A stretch of DNA of 64,000 nucleotides from an uncultured Opitutaceae bacterium (lineage in GTDB: Bacteria; Verrucomicrobiota; Verrucomicrobiia; Opitutales; Opitutaceae), in contig CAYWTK010000004.1 of the NCBI GenBank assembly GCA_964460895.1, forward strand, positions 5,787-69,786, read 5' to 3'. A program made the translations under genes and the position numbers. The notes under the pieces were generated by a model. It searched no databases. It saw only the letters and a program-made list of their open reading frames with translations, and had not been told where the DNA came from. Numbering within the stretch: the stretch's first letter is position 1; every line of letters begins with the position of its first letter. Shown in pieces: positions 9,516-18,830 of this stretch.

Positions 9516-11618
9516 ATGAATGGCCCCCGTCCTGGAGACATCAGGAACTTCGCCATCGTGGGGCATGCTACAGCCGGGAAGACCACCCTGGCCGAAGCCA
9601 TGCTTTTCTGCGGCGGCGCCATCCACCGCCTGGGCAGCGTCGCCCAGGGCACCACGGTGTCGGACTACCACGTCGGCGAGCAGCAGCGCCACATCTCGAT
9701 CCACGGCACGCCGCTTAACTGCGAATGGCAGGGTCGGCGGTTCAATTTCGTCGACACGCCCGGCTACCTCGACTTCGCGAGCGAGGCCATCAACGCCCTG
9801 CGCGTGGCCGACTTCGCGCTCGTCGTCGTCCACGCCGGCCACGGCGTCGGCGTCGGCACGGAGATGATGTGGGAGTACGCCGGCCAGTTCGGCATCCCCC
9901 GCCTCCTCGTGGTGAACGGATTCGACAAGGAGAAGTACGACTTCGACACCATCCTCGCCGACGTGCGCGAGCACTTCGGCGCCGCCGTGTTCCCGCTGCA
10001 GGTGCCGATGGACCCCGGTCCGGGCTTCCACCAGGTGCTCGACGTCCTCCGCAGCGAGGTCTGCAGCTACGCCACCGACCGCTCGGGCAAGTACGCCGAG
10101 GAGCCCGCGACCGGGGCGTGGAAGGAGCGCGTGGACGCGCTGCACAAGGAGCTCATCGAGCACATCGCCGAGAGCGACGACACGCTCCTGCAGAAGTTCT
10201 TCGACGAGGGCGGCCTCTCGGAGGAGGTCATGCGCACCGGCATCCATCCGGCCGTGCAGAAGCAGGTCTTCGTGCCCCTGCTCGTCACGTCGGCCGAGAC
10301 CAACGTCGGCGTGGCGCGCCTGATGGACTTCATCGCCAAGTACGGCTCCTCCCCCGAGGACCGCCAGACCGTCGGCGCGACCGACGGCGACGGCGCGCCC
10401 TGCCTCGTCTCGCTCGCGGGCGCGGAGCACGTGGCGTACGTCTTCAAGACCCTGACCGACCCGCAGAGCGGCGACCTCTCGATCTTCCGCGTCTACTCGG
10501 GCGACGTGCACACGGGGATGGACCTCTACAACAGCGACCGGCGCACCACCGAGCGCATCGGGCAGCTCTTCCGGCTCAACGGCAAGCTCCGCACGCCGGT
10601 CGAGCGGCTCAACGCCGGCGACATCGGCGCGGCGGTGAAGCTCAAGGACACCCACACCGGCAACACGCTCTGCGACCAGAAGCACGTCGTCACGCTGCCG
10701 AAGGTCGCCTACCCGACCCCGTACACGCAGGCGGCGCTCAAGCTCAACGCCCCGGGCGACGAGGAGCGGCTGGCGGCCGGGCTCGCGGCGCTGCACGAGG
10801 AGGACCCCGCGTTCACCTACCACACGGACCCGGAGCTGCATCAGTTCATCCTCGCGGCGCAGGGCGAGATGCACCTCGACGTGCTCTTCGAGCGCCTCAA
10901 GCGGCGGTACAAGGTCGACGTCTCGCTCGAGCCCCCGCGCATCCGCTACCGCGAGACCATCCGGGCCAAGGCCGACGCGCGCTACCGCCACAAGAAGCAG
11001 ACCGGCGGCGCGGGCCAGTTCGCCGAGGTCTGGCTGCGCATCGAGCCCGGCCCGCGCGACAGCGGCATCGTGTTCGCGCAGTCGCTCGTCGGGCAGGACG
11101 TCGACCGGGTCTTCGTGCCCTCGGTGGAGAAGGGCCTGCGCAACGCCGCGCTCGAGGGCGTCCACGCGGGCTACCGCGTGACCGACGTGAAGGTCGACTT
11201 CTACGGCGGCAAGATGCACCCGGTGGACTCGAAGGACATCGCCTTCCAGATCGCGGGCTACTTCGCGTTCCGCGAGGCCTTCCAGGCCGCGCGGCCCGTG
11301 CTGCTGGAGCCGATCCACGAGCTCGAGATCCGGATGCCCGAGGAGTTCGTCGGCCGCGTGGTCGGCGACCTGTCGGGACGGCGCGGCAAGATCCTCGGCA
11401 TGGACGTGGCGGGACGCCTCCAGGTCGTGAAGGCCCTCGTGCCCGCGGCGCAGCTCCACCACTACGGCACGGTCCTGCGGTCGCTCACGGGCGGCCGCGG
11501 CCTCCACTCCGAGAAGTTCAGCCACTACGAGGAGATGCCGGGCGACCAGGAGCGGAAGCTCGTGGACGAGTACCAGAAGGCGCGCGCGGCCGGGAATTCG
11601 GCCCACGCGCACCACTGA
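9516..11618 (+). CDS. fusA: Elongation factor G paralog (EF-G2-like)
   Basis: GHATAGKTT, DTPGYLDF, GEMHL, YRETI, KKQTGGAGQF, HPVDS, LLEPI motifs; AAGGAG RBS upstream; not within a str operon. Confidence 0.93.
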   Translation: MNGPRPGDIRNFAIVGHATAGKTTLAEAMLFCGGAIHRLGSVAQGTTVSDYHVGEQQRHISIHGTPLNCEWQGRRFNFVDTPGYLDFASEAINALRVADFALVVVHAGHGVGVGTEMMWEYAGQFGIPRLLVVNGFDKEKYDFDTILADVREHFGAAVFPLQVPMDPGPGFHQVLDVLRSEVCSYATDRSGKYAEEPATGAWKERVDALHKELIEHIAESDDTLLQKFFDEGGLSEEVMRTGIHPAVQKQVFVPLLVTSAETNVGVARLMDFIAKYGSSPEDRQTVGATDGDGAPCLVSLAGAEHVAYVFKTLTDPQSGDLSIFRVYSGDVHTGMDLYNSDRRTTERIGQLFRLNGKLRTPVERLNAGDIGAAVKLKDTHTGNTLCDQKHVVTLPKVAYPTPYTQAALKLNAPGDEERLAAGLAALHEEDPAFTYHTDPELHQFILAAQGEMHLDVLFERLKRRYKVDVSLEPPRIRYRETIRAKADARYRHKKQTGGAGQFAEVWLRIEPGPRDSGIVFAQSLVGQDVDRVFVPSVEKGLRNAALEGVHAGYRVTDVKVDFYGGKMHPVDSKDIAFQIAGYFAFREAFQAARPVLLEPIHELEIRMPEEFVGRVVGDLSGRRGKILGMDVAGRLQVVKALVPAAQLHHYGTVLRSLTGGRGLHSEKFSHYEEMPGDQERKLVDEYQKARAAGNSAHAHH

Positions 11619-11638
11619 CCGCGTCGCCGCGGCCCCCG

Positions 11639-11669
11639 CGACCCCGGCCGGCCCGCGCCGCCGGGGTCG
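11639..11669 (+). terminator. GC-rich hairpin after the EF-G paralog, possible terminator
   Basis: CGACCCCGGC...GCCGGGGTCG stem with only a short T run afterwards. Confidence 0.35.
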
Positions 11670-11717
11670 TCGCGTTTCGGGGCTGGCGCGCGCGGGGAGG
11701 CGGGCTAGGGTGGGGGC

Positions 11718-12722
11718 GTGATCGCGGCGGTGCAGTTCCGGAACTTCAAGGCCCTGCGCTCGGCCTCGGTCCGCCTCGGTCCGTTCAACCTGCTCGTCGG
11801 GCCCAACGGGTCGGGCAAGACCAGCCTCATCGAGGCCCTGCTCCGGCTGCGCACGCTGGCGGCCCTGCCCGCGGCCCGCGGGGACGAGCCGGGTTCGGCC
11901 CGCGCCGACGGCCCGGAGGTCGTCTACCGCTTCGGCCCCCCCTTCGAGGAGGTGCGCGTGCGCGCGGTCTGCCGGCACGACGAGCTCGTGTGCGACACGC
12001 TGGTGGTGGACGCCCCCGCCGGCGGGGCGGGGGAGGCGGCGTGGGCGCGCCTGCGCGACCGGGCGCGGACCATCCGCGGGCACCTCTTCGACCACGTCGC
12101 CATGGCGGCGCCCGCCCCGCGGTCCGCGGGCGACGGGCTCGCGCCCGACGCGGGCAACCTCGCCGCCGTCCTCGCGGCCCGCCGGGAGCGCGACCCCGCG
12201 GCGTGGCAGGTGCTCGAGGCGGAGTTCCGGCGGATCGTGCCGGAGTTCTCCGGGCTCGAGCTGCGCGACGCGGGCGACCGGGTCGCGCTGGGCGGGCGGC
12301 TCAACGGGCAGGTCGTGCCGGCCGACGGGTTCTCGCAGGGCACGCTCTACCTCCTCGCCATCCTCACGCTCGCCCACGACCCGCGTCCGCCGGCGGTCGT
12401 GTGCCTCGAGGAGGCCGACCGGGGCGTGCATCCGCGCATGCTGCGCGAGGTGCGCGACGCGCTCCACCGGCTCAGCCATCCGGCCGACTTCGGCCTCGCC
12501 CGCGAGCCGGTCCAGGTCGTGACGACGACCCACTCCCCCTACCTGCTGGACCTCTTCCGCGACTGCCCCGAGGAGGTCATCCTCGCGAACAAGCAGGGGC
12601 GCGCGGCCCACTTCGAGCACCTCTCCGACCGCGCCGACCTCCGGGAGCTCCTCGGCGAGGCCAGCCTCGGCGACCTCTGGTACAGCGGAATCCTCGGCGG
12701 CACGCCGGAGGGCGCCGGATGA
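11718..12722 (+). CDS. ABC-class AAA ATPase (AAA_15/AAA_21-like)
   Basis: RNFKAL N-terminus, Walker A GPNGSGKTS, signature FSQGT, Walker B VVCLEEAD-GVHP, H-loop TTHSP; no TM segments. Confidence 0.9.
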   Translation: MIAAVQFRNFKALRSASVRLGPFNLLVGPNGSGKTSLIEALLRLRTLAALPAARGDEPGSARADGPEVVYRFGPPFEEVRVRAVCRHDELVCDTLVVDAPAGGAGEAAWARLRDRARTIRGHLFDHVAMAAPAPRSAGDGLAPDAGNLAAVLAARRERDPAAWQVLEAEFRRIVPEFSGLELRDAGDRVALGGRLNGQVVPADGFSQGTLYLLAILTLAHDPRPPAVVCLEEADRGVHPRMLREVRDALHRLSHPADFGLAREPVQVVTTTHSPYLLDLFRDCPEEVILANKQGRAAHFEHLSDRADLRELLGEASLGDLWYSGILGGTPEGAG

Positions 12723-12738
12723 CGGCGGCCGGCAGCCG

Positions 12739-13380
12739 ATGAAGCTCGCCGTCCTGAGCGAGTCGCCGGTCGACGAGGCCGTGCTGCGCGTGCTCGTCGA
12801 GTGGATCCTCGACGAGCCCCTGCACCTCGTCGCGCCCGCGCTGCGCGCGCGCGGCTGGCCCTCGGTGGAGCAGGTGCTGCCGCCCATCCTCCGCCACCTG
12901 CACTTCAACACCGACGCGCACGGGCTGGTCGTCGTGGTGGATTCCGACGACTCGCCCGTCCACACCGAGGCGCACGAGGCGCCCGGCCACCACCACCCGC
13001 TCTGCCGCCTGTGCCGCCTGCGGGCCGTCTTCCGCCGGACCCTGCGCAACCTGCCGCCGGCGCGCGGCCGCGCCGGGCCGCTGCGCGCCGCCGGGCTGGC
13101 GGTGCCGGCGATCGAGGCCTGGCTGCTCTGCGGGCGCGATCCCGGGGTGACGGAGGCGGCGTGGACGCAAGGGCAGGAGAGCGGCCGCCCGCCGTACTCG
13201 CGGCCCGAGCTGAAGGCGCGCGTCTACGGCACGGTGCGGCCCGGGCTGCCGCAGCAGCTGCGCCGCGCGGTGGACGAGATCGGCCGGCACCGCGGCGACG
13301 TCCGGCGGCTGGAGAACGATTTCCCCCTCGGCTTCGGGGCCCTCGCGCGCGACCTGCGCCGGTGGAAAGCCCCGGCCTGA
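12739..13380 (+). CDS. TOPRIM-like / DUF4276-like partner of the ATPase
   Basis: Hydrophobic strand then SESPVD, VVVVDSDD (DxD) and IEAWLL motifs; 16 bp downstream of the ATPase. Confidence 0.65.
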   Translation: MKLAVLSESPVDEAVLRVLVEWILDEPLHLVAPALRARGWPSVEQVLPPILRHLHFNTDAHGLVVVVDSDDSPVHTEAHEAPGHHHPLCRLCRLRAVFRRTLRNLPPARGRAGPLRAAGLAVPAIEAWLLCGRDPGVTEAAWTQGQESGRPPYSRPELKARVYGTVRPGLPQQLRRAVDEIGRHRGDVRRLENDFPLGFGALARDLRRWKAPA

Positions 13381-13445
13381 ATTCGGACAAGCCGGGCTTG
13401 CGGCGGACCCGCGGCGCGGCTCATCTTCCCGCCTCCACCCCACGC

Positions 13446-16400
13446 ATGAAACTACCCCGTGCTTCGCTGGCCGCCCTGCTGGGCGCCCAGGCCCAGGTGA
13501 CCTTCAACGATTTGGCGGCCAAGTTGATGCTGGTGTCGCTCGCGCAGCAGCTGGCCCACGAGGCCGATTGGGACGAGAAGGTGGTGGTCGGCCTGATCGG
13601 CGGCGTGCTGCTGCTGCCCTACATCCTCTTCGGCCCGATCTGCGGGTGGATGTCGGACCGCTTCTCCAAGCGCTCGGTCTTCAACGCGGCGCTCATCATG
13701 CAGGTCGTCGTCGTCGCGCTGCTGATCGGCGCGGTCTGGATGAAGTCCTTCGGCGCCGCCCTCGGCTGCTTCTTCCTCCTCTCGGTCCAGACCGCGATCC
13801 TGGCCCCCGCCAAGCGCGGCATCATCCTCGAGTACGTGGGTCCGGAGCGCCTGTCGCGCTTCGTCGGCCTGATGGAGATGGCGACGATCACCGCCATCCT
13901 CGTGGGCTCGTTCGCGGGCGGGTGGATGTTCTCGCACTGGCTCGTGGAGGGCGGCGACCCGTGGCGCGCGGCGCTGAACACGTCGCTGGTGCTGATGGTC
14001 CTCTCGGTCCTCGCCTGGGCGATCTTCCAGGTCGCGGCGCCCACGCCGGCGCAGTCCACGGAGCCGTTCCGCTGGAGCCTGTGGGTCCGCCACTTCACCG
14101 ACGTGGCCGAGGTCTGGCGGGAGCGCCCGTTGTGGCGCGCGGTGATGGGCATCTGCTTCTTCTACGGCGCGGGCGGCTACATGTCCGCCCTGATCCCCCA
14201 GGTCGCCTTCGAGCTGGAGTCGGGCGGTCCGCGCACGGGCGCGGTGCAGGGCGTCATGCTCCTCATGGTCGGCGTGGGCACCATGTTCGGCAACCTCTCG
14301 GCCGGGCTGTTCTCCCGCCGGGGCATCGAGCTCGGGCTCGCGCCGATCGGGGGCATCCTCCTCTGCGGCTGCCTCGCGGCGATGAGCATCGCGCAGCCGG
14401 GAACCGCGTCGTTCACCGCGCTGCTCATCGGCGCGGGCTTCTCCTCGGGGCTCTTCCTCGTCCCGCTCTACGCCTTCGTGCAGCAGCGGGCCGGCGACCA
14501 CCGCCGCGGCCGGATCCTCGCCGGGGTCAGCCTGCTCGACAGCGCGGTCGGGCTCGGCGCGGCCGGCCTGTACGCGGCCTTCGCGGCGGAGAATCTCGGG
14601 GGCCTGTCCGTGCAGGCCCAGCTCGCCTTCCTCGCGGCCGTCACGGGGGTGATGGTCGTCTACGCGCTCTGGCACCTGCCGCACCAGACCGTGTGCACGG
14701 TGATGCGCTTCTTCGGGCCGATCTTCTACCGCGTGCGGTCCCGCGGGCAGGAGAACATCCCGACCGGCGGCGCGCTGCTCATCTGCAACCACCTCAGCTA
14801 CGTGGACGCGGTCGTGCTGCAGGTCGCCTCGCCGCGGCCGATCCGCTTCGTGGCGTTCGCCGGCCTGGCGAAGAGCCCCACGCTCCGCTTCCTCTTCCGC
14901 GCCGCCGGCGTCATCCCGGTGGCCCCGGGCAAGCCGATGAAGGGCATCCGGCTGGCGGTGGACGCGATCAAGGCGGGCGAGCTCGTCTGCGTCTTCCCCG
15001 AGGGCGCGATCTCGCGCACGGGTCAGCTGATGCAGCTGCAGCGGGGCTTCGAGGCCATCGCCCGGCAGGCGGGCGCGCCCGTCATCCCCACGGTGATCGA
15101 CGGCCTCTGGGGCTCGGTCTTTTCCTTCGCGGGGAACAAGTACCTCTGGAAGTCGCCGCGCCTGATGCCGACGCACGTCTGCGTGCTCTTCGGCAAGGCG
15201 CTGCCGGCCGACCGCGTCGACACCGCGCACGCGCGCCGCGCGCTGCTCGACCTCGGCGAGGAGGCCTTCCAGGAGCGCCCCGCGCTGCGCCGCCACGTCG
15301 CCCGCGAGTGCGTCCGGGCCCTGGCCAAGCGGCCGCGGCACGTCGAGGTGGTCGACCGCACGGCCGAGCGCCGGGTCGTCACGGCCGGCCAGCTCCTCGC
15401 GGTGGCCGCCGCGCTCTCCCGCCGCATCCGGCGCAACGTCCCCGAGCAGCGCGTCGGCATCGTCCTCCCGCCGGGCGCCGGCGCGCACATCGCCAACCTC
15501 GCCGTCGCCTGCGCCGGCAAGGTGCCGGTGAACCTCAACTTCACCGTCGGCCGCGCCGCCGTCGAGGCGGCCCTCCGCATCGGCGAGATCAAGACCGTCA
15601 TCACCGCCGACGCGATGCGGGCCAAGGTCCCGAACTTCCCGTTCCCCGAGAACACGCTCGACCTGAAGCGCGAGATCGAGGCCATGGGCGGCAAGAAGGC
15701 CGTCCTGCCCTGGCTGCTCGCCGCCTTCCTGCTCCCCAACCAGTGGATCGCGGACCTGCTCGGCCTGCCGCGCACGGGCGACGAGGACGAGGCCGGCCTG
15801 CTCTTCACCTCGGGCAGCTCGGGCGAGCCCAAGGGCGTGGTGCTCACCCACCGCAACATCCTCTCGAACTGCTCGCAGATCTCGTCGCTCTCCATCCTGC
15901 CCGACTCCGCCGTCATCGTCGGCTGCCTGCCCGTCTTCCACTCCTTCGGCTTCACCGTCACGCTCTGGTACCCGATTCTCCGCGGCTGCCGCGTCGTCAC
16001 GCTGCCCAGCCCGCTCGACACGCGGAAGATCGTCGAGGCCATCCAGCAGGAGAAGGCCACGGTCATGGTCGGCGCCCCCACCTTCATCCGCCCGTTCCTC
16101 AAGAAGGCGACCAAGGAGGAGCTCCGGTCCCTCGACCTCGTCGTGACCGGCGCGGAGAAGCTGCCGATGGACCTCTACGAGGCCTTCCTCAGCCAGTTCG
16201 GCATCGAGATCCTCCAGGGCTACGGCCTGACCGAGACCACCCCGGTCTCCAGCGTCAACCAGCACAATCCCCCCGTGACCACCTCCACCGCCGAGCCGCA
16301 GGAGGGCAAGCGCACGGGCTCGGTCGGCCGCCTCATGCCGGGCATGACCGCGCGCGTGGTGGACCCCGACACGGGCGAGGAGCTGCCGATGTCCTCCACC

Positions 16401-16889
16401 GGCATGCTCTGGCTCAAGGGCCCGAACATCTTCCCCGGCTACCTGAAGGACCCGGAGAAGACCGCCACCGCCATCCGCGACGGCCGCTGGTTCGTGACCG
16501 GCGACCTCGGGCGGATGGACGACGACGGCTTCCTCTACATCGAGGGCCGCCTCTCGCGCTTCTCCAAGATCGGCGGCGAGATGGTGCCGCACGGCACGAT
16601 CGAGGCGCGCATCGCGGAGCTGTTCGGCTGGGACCAGAACGAGGGCCCGACCTGCGTCGTCACCGGCGTGCCCGACGTGGCCAAGGGCGAGGCGCTGGTC
16701 CTGCTCACGACGCAGGAGGTCACGCCCGACCAGGTCCGCGCCAAGCTCCTCGAGGCCGGCCTGCCCAACCTCTGGGTCCCGCGCCTCATCAAGCGCGTGG
16801 AGAAGATCCCGATGCTCGGCACGGGCAAGACGGACCTCAAGGGCTGCCGCACGCTCGCCATCGAACTCACCCGCGGCGACGCGGGCTGA
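13446..16889 (+). CDS. aas: MFS (LplT-like) - acyltransferase - acyl-ACP synthetase fusion (Aas-like)
   Basis: ATG at 13446; multi-TM N-terminus, NHLSYVD and FPEG acyltransferase motifs, FTSGSSGEPKG, QGYGLTE and TGDLG AMP-binding motifs. Confidence 0.9.
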   Translation: MKLPRASLAALLGAQAQVTFNDLAAKLMLVSLAQQLAHEADWDEKVVVGLIGGVLLLPYILFGPICGWMSDRFSKRSVFNAALIMQVVVVALLIGAVWMKSFGAALGCFFLLSVQTAILAPAKRGIILEYVGPERLSRFVGLMEMATITAILVGSFAGGWMFSHWLVEGGDPWRAALNTSLVLMVLSVLAWAIFQVAAPTPAQSTEPFRWSLWVRHFTDVAEVWRERPLWRAVMGICFFYGAGGYMSALIPQVAFELESGGPRTGAVQGVMLLMVGVGTMFGNLSAGLFSRRGIELGLAPIGGILLCGCLAAMSIAQPGTASFTALLIGAGFSSGLFLVPLYAFVQQRAGDHRRGRILAGVSLLDSAVGLGAAGLYAAFAAENLGGLSVQAQLAFLAAVTGVMVVYALWHLPHQTVCTVMRFFGPIFYRVRSRGQENIPTGGALLICNHLSYVDAVVLQVASPRPIRFVAFAGLAKSPTLRFLFRAAGVIPVAPGKPMKGIRLAVDAIKAGELVCVFPEGAISRTGQLMQLQRGFEAIARQAGAPVIPTVIDGLWGSVFSFAGNKYLWKSPRLMPTHVCVLFGKALPADRVDTAHARRALLDLGEEAFQERPALRRHVARECVRALAKRPRHVEVVDRTAERRVVTAGQLLAVAAALSRRIRRNVPEQRVGIVLPPGAGAHIANLAVACAGKVPVNLNFTVGRAAVEAALRIGEIKTVITADAMRAKVPNFPFPENTLDLKREIEAMGGKKAVLPWLLAAFLLPNQWIADLLGLPRTGDEDEAGLLFTSGSSGEPKGVVLTHRNILSNCSQISSLSILPDSAVIVGCLPVFHSFGFTVTLWYPILRGCRVVTLPSPLDTRKIVEAIQQEKATVMVGAPTFIRPFLKKATKEELRSLDLVVTGAEKLPMDLYEAFLSQFGIEILQGYGLTETTPVSSVNQHNPPVTTSTAEPQEGKRTGSVGRLMPGMTARVVDPDTGEELPMSSTGMLWLKGPNIFPGYLKDPEKTATAIRDGRWFVTGDLGRMDDDGFLYIEGRLSRFSKIGGEMVPHGTIEARIAELFGWDQNEGPTCVVTGVPDVAKGEALVLLTTQEVTPDQVRAKLLEAGLPNLWVPRLIKRVEKIPMLGTGKTDLKGCRTLAIELTRGDAG

Positions 16890-16950
16890 GCGGCGGCGTC
16901 GGCGGGAGCCTTTGTGCGGTCGGAAGTAAGCCGCGCCTGAAGCTCCTCGT

Positions 16951-17024
16951 GGCCACGGATGGTACGGATGGAGCCGGACTCTCCGGATCCGTGATATCTG
17001 TTTCCATCCGTGCCATCCGTGGCC
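16951..17024. repeat. Palindromic element built of 9-bp-period units
   Basis: GGCCACGGATGGTACGGATGGA ... TCCATCCGTGCCATCCGTGGCC inverted arms. Confidence 0.85.
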
Positions 17025-17124
17025 AATGGCACCGGCGATCGCGGCATCGACTCCATCGCGCGACGCAACGCCGCCCGGCCGCGGGCTTGCGCCGCCGGCG
17101 CTCCCGGCGTACGGGTCGTGGGCC

Positions 17125-18561
17125 ATGCCCGCGCCGCACGCCGCCGCCACCCGTCAGCTCCGCCGCCGTCTCGGCGCGCGCGTCGACCTCTCGGAGGCCG
17201 GCCGCGCCGCCGCGTCCTACGACAGCAGCCGCGTCGCCGTGATGCCGGCGGCCGTCGTCACGCCGCGGCGCGAGGAGGACGTCGGCGTCGTCCTGACCCT
17301 CGCCAACCGCCACCGCGTACCGGTCACGGTGCGCGGCCGCGGAACGACCCTGATGGGCTCGGCCGTGCCCGTGCGGGGCGGCTGGGTGGTGGACCTGACG
17401 CGGCTCGACCGGGTGACGGTGGACGCCGACGCCGGCCTCGCGCACGCGCAGGCCGGGGCGACCACGCAGGCGGTGCAGGACGCCGCGGCCCGGCACGGCT
17501 GGTTCTACCCGCCCGACCCGTCGTCGCGCGCCTACTGCACGATCGGCGGCAACATCGCCTGCAACGCCGGCGGCATGCACGGCGGCAAGTACGGCGTCAC
17601 CCGCGACTTCGTCGTCGCCCTCCGCGGCTACCTGCCGACCGGAGAGGCCGTCCAGTGGGGCACCGCCACGCGCAAGTTCTCCGCCGGCTTCAACCTCCGC
17701 GACCTCTGGATCGGCAGCGAGGGGATGCTCGGCATCGTCACCGGCGCCGTGCTCAAGCTCGTGCCGCAGCCCGCGGCGCGCTGGACACTGCTGACCGCGT
17801 TCGCCGACGAGGCCGCCGCGCTCGCGGCGGCGCGGGCGCTGTTCCGGACGCGCGTGCAGCCGGCCATCTGCGAGTTCCTCGACCGCGAGAGCGTGACCTG
17901 CGCGGAGCGGGCGATGAAGACCACGATCTTTCCCGGCCAGGCCGGCCGGCCGGTCATCCTGCTTGAATTCGCCGGCGGGGTGGCCGAGGTGGACGACCTC
18001 AAGCCGGACGTCCTCGCCTGGGCGCGGGCCGAGGCGCAGGCCCACCGCGAGGCGCGGACGCGGGCCGAGGCCGAGGAGCTGTGGGCCGTGCGCCGCAAGT
18101 GCTCCGGCGCCATGTTCGAGCTGGGCGACACGAAGCTGAACGAGGACATCGTCATCCCGATGCGCCAGTACGGCCGTTTCGCGCGCTACCTCGCCGGGCT
18201 CAAGCGCCGCTCGCGGCTGCCGATCCCGACGTTCGGTCACCTGGCGGACGGAAACCTGCACGTGAACATCATGTTCCACCGCGCCGACCCGGCCGAGGCG
18301 CGGCGGGCCGAGGCGGCGGTGGTCGACCTCATGCGCACGGTCGTGCGCCTCGGCGGCGCCATCTCGGGCGAGCACGGCATCGGCCTGGCGAAGACGCCGT
18401 TCCTCCGCCTCCAGCATTCCCCCCCGCAGGTGCGCGCGATGCAGGCCGTGAAGCAGGCCCTCGACCCGCGCGGCATCTGCAACCCGGGGAAGATGTTCGA
18501 GCCCGTCGTGCTCTGGCGGAAGCCGAAGGTCGCGGTCTCCTTCCCCTGGGACCACAAGTGA
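17125..18561 (+). CDS. FAD-linked oxidase (GlcD / D-lactate dehydrogenase family)
   Basis: YPPDPSS, TIGGNIACNAGG, KYGVT, GSEGMLG, GHLADGNLH, SGEHGIG, NPGKMF motifs; start taken at ATG 17125. Confidence 0.92.
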   Translation: MPAPHAAATRQLRRRLGARVDLSEAGRAAASYDSSRVAVMPAAVVTPRREEDVGVVLTLANRHRVPVTVRGRGTTLMGSAVPVRGGWVVDLTRLDRVTVDADAGLAHAQAGATTQAVQDAAARHGWFYPPDPSSRAYCTIGGNIACNAGGMHGGKYGVTRDFVVALRGYLPTGEAVQWGTATRKFSAGFNLRDLWIGSEGMLGIVTGAVLKLVPQPAARWTLLTAFADEAAALAAARALFRTRVQPAICEFLDRESVTCAERAMKTTIFPGQAGRPVILLEFAGGVAEVDDLKPDVLAWARAEAQAHREARTRAEAEELWAVRRKCSGAMFELGDTKLNEDIVIPMRQYGRFARYLAGLKRRSRLPIPTFGHLADGNLHVNIMFHRADPAEARRAEAAVVDLMRTVVRLGGAISGEHGIGLAKTPFLRLQHSPPQVRAMQAVKQALDPRGICNPGKMFEPVVLWRKPKVAVSFPWDHK

Positions 18562-18716
18562 CCCTTTCTGGGTAGCTCGGCCTCTCCGAGGACGGGTGGC
18601 TTGTCCCCGATCTTTCTCTTTCCTCTTTCTCGTGCTCCTTCTCTCAGCCGTGAAGGAAGCGAGTAGGATCACGGCTGCATCGGGATGCTCACTCCGCCGC
18701 GGTCGGGCGTGCGCGA

Positions 18717-18820
18717 GTTGTAGGGCGGGGTCTCCAGACCCCGCCGTCGCGCGCCCGCGGTTTCAGGAGCGGTATCGGGAAGAACGTTCGCGGCGGGGTC
18801 GGGAGACCCCGCCCTACAGC
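18717..18820. repeat. GTAG-type REP doublet (REPIN-like), copy 1
   Basis: TGTAGGGCGGGGTCTCCAGACCCCGCC ... GGCGGGGTCGGGAGACCCCGCCCTACA; near-identical copy at 61587-61687. Confidence 0.85.
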
Positions 18821-18830
18821 GGGAAAGCGC

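Noticed and set aside
5769..13049. 2426-aa minus-strand ORF and similar giant ORFs (839-4195, 13452-17150, 25053-27560, 43539-46658)
   Set aside because: Antisense shadows of well-supported genes; Arg/Gly/Ala-rich with no motifs, as expected where stop codons are rare in high-GC DNA
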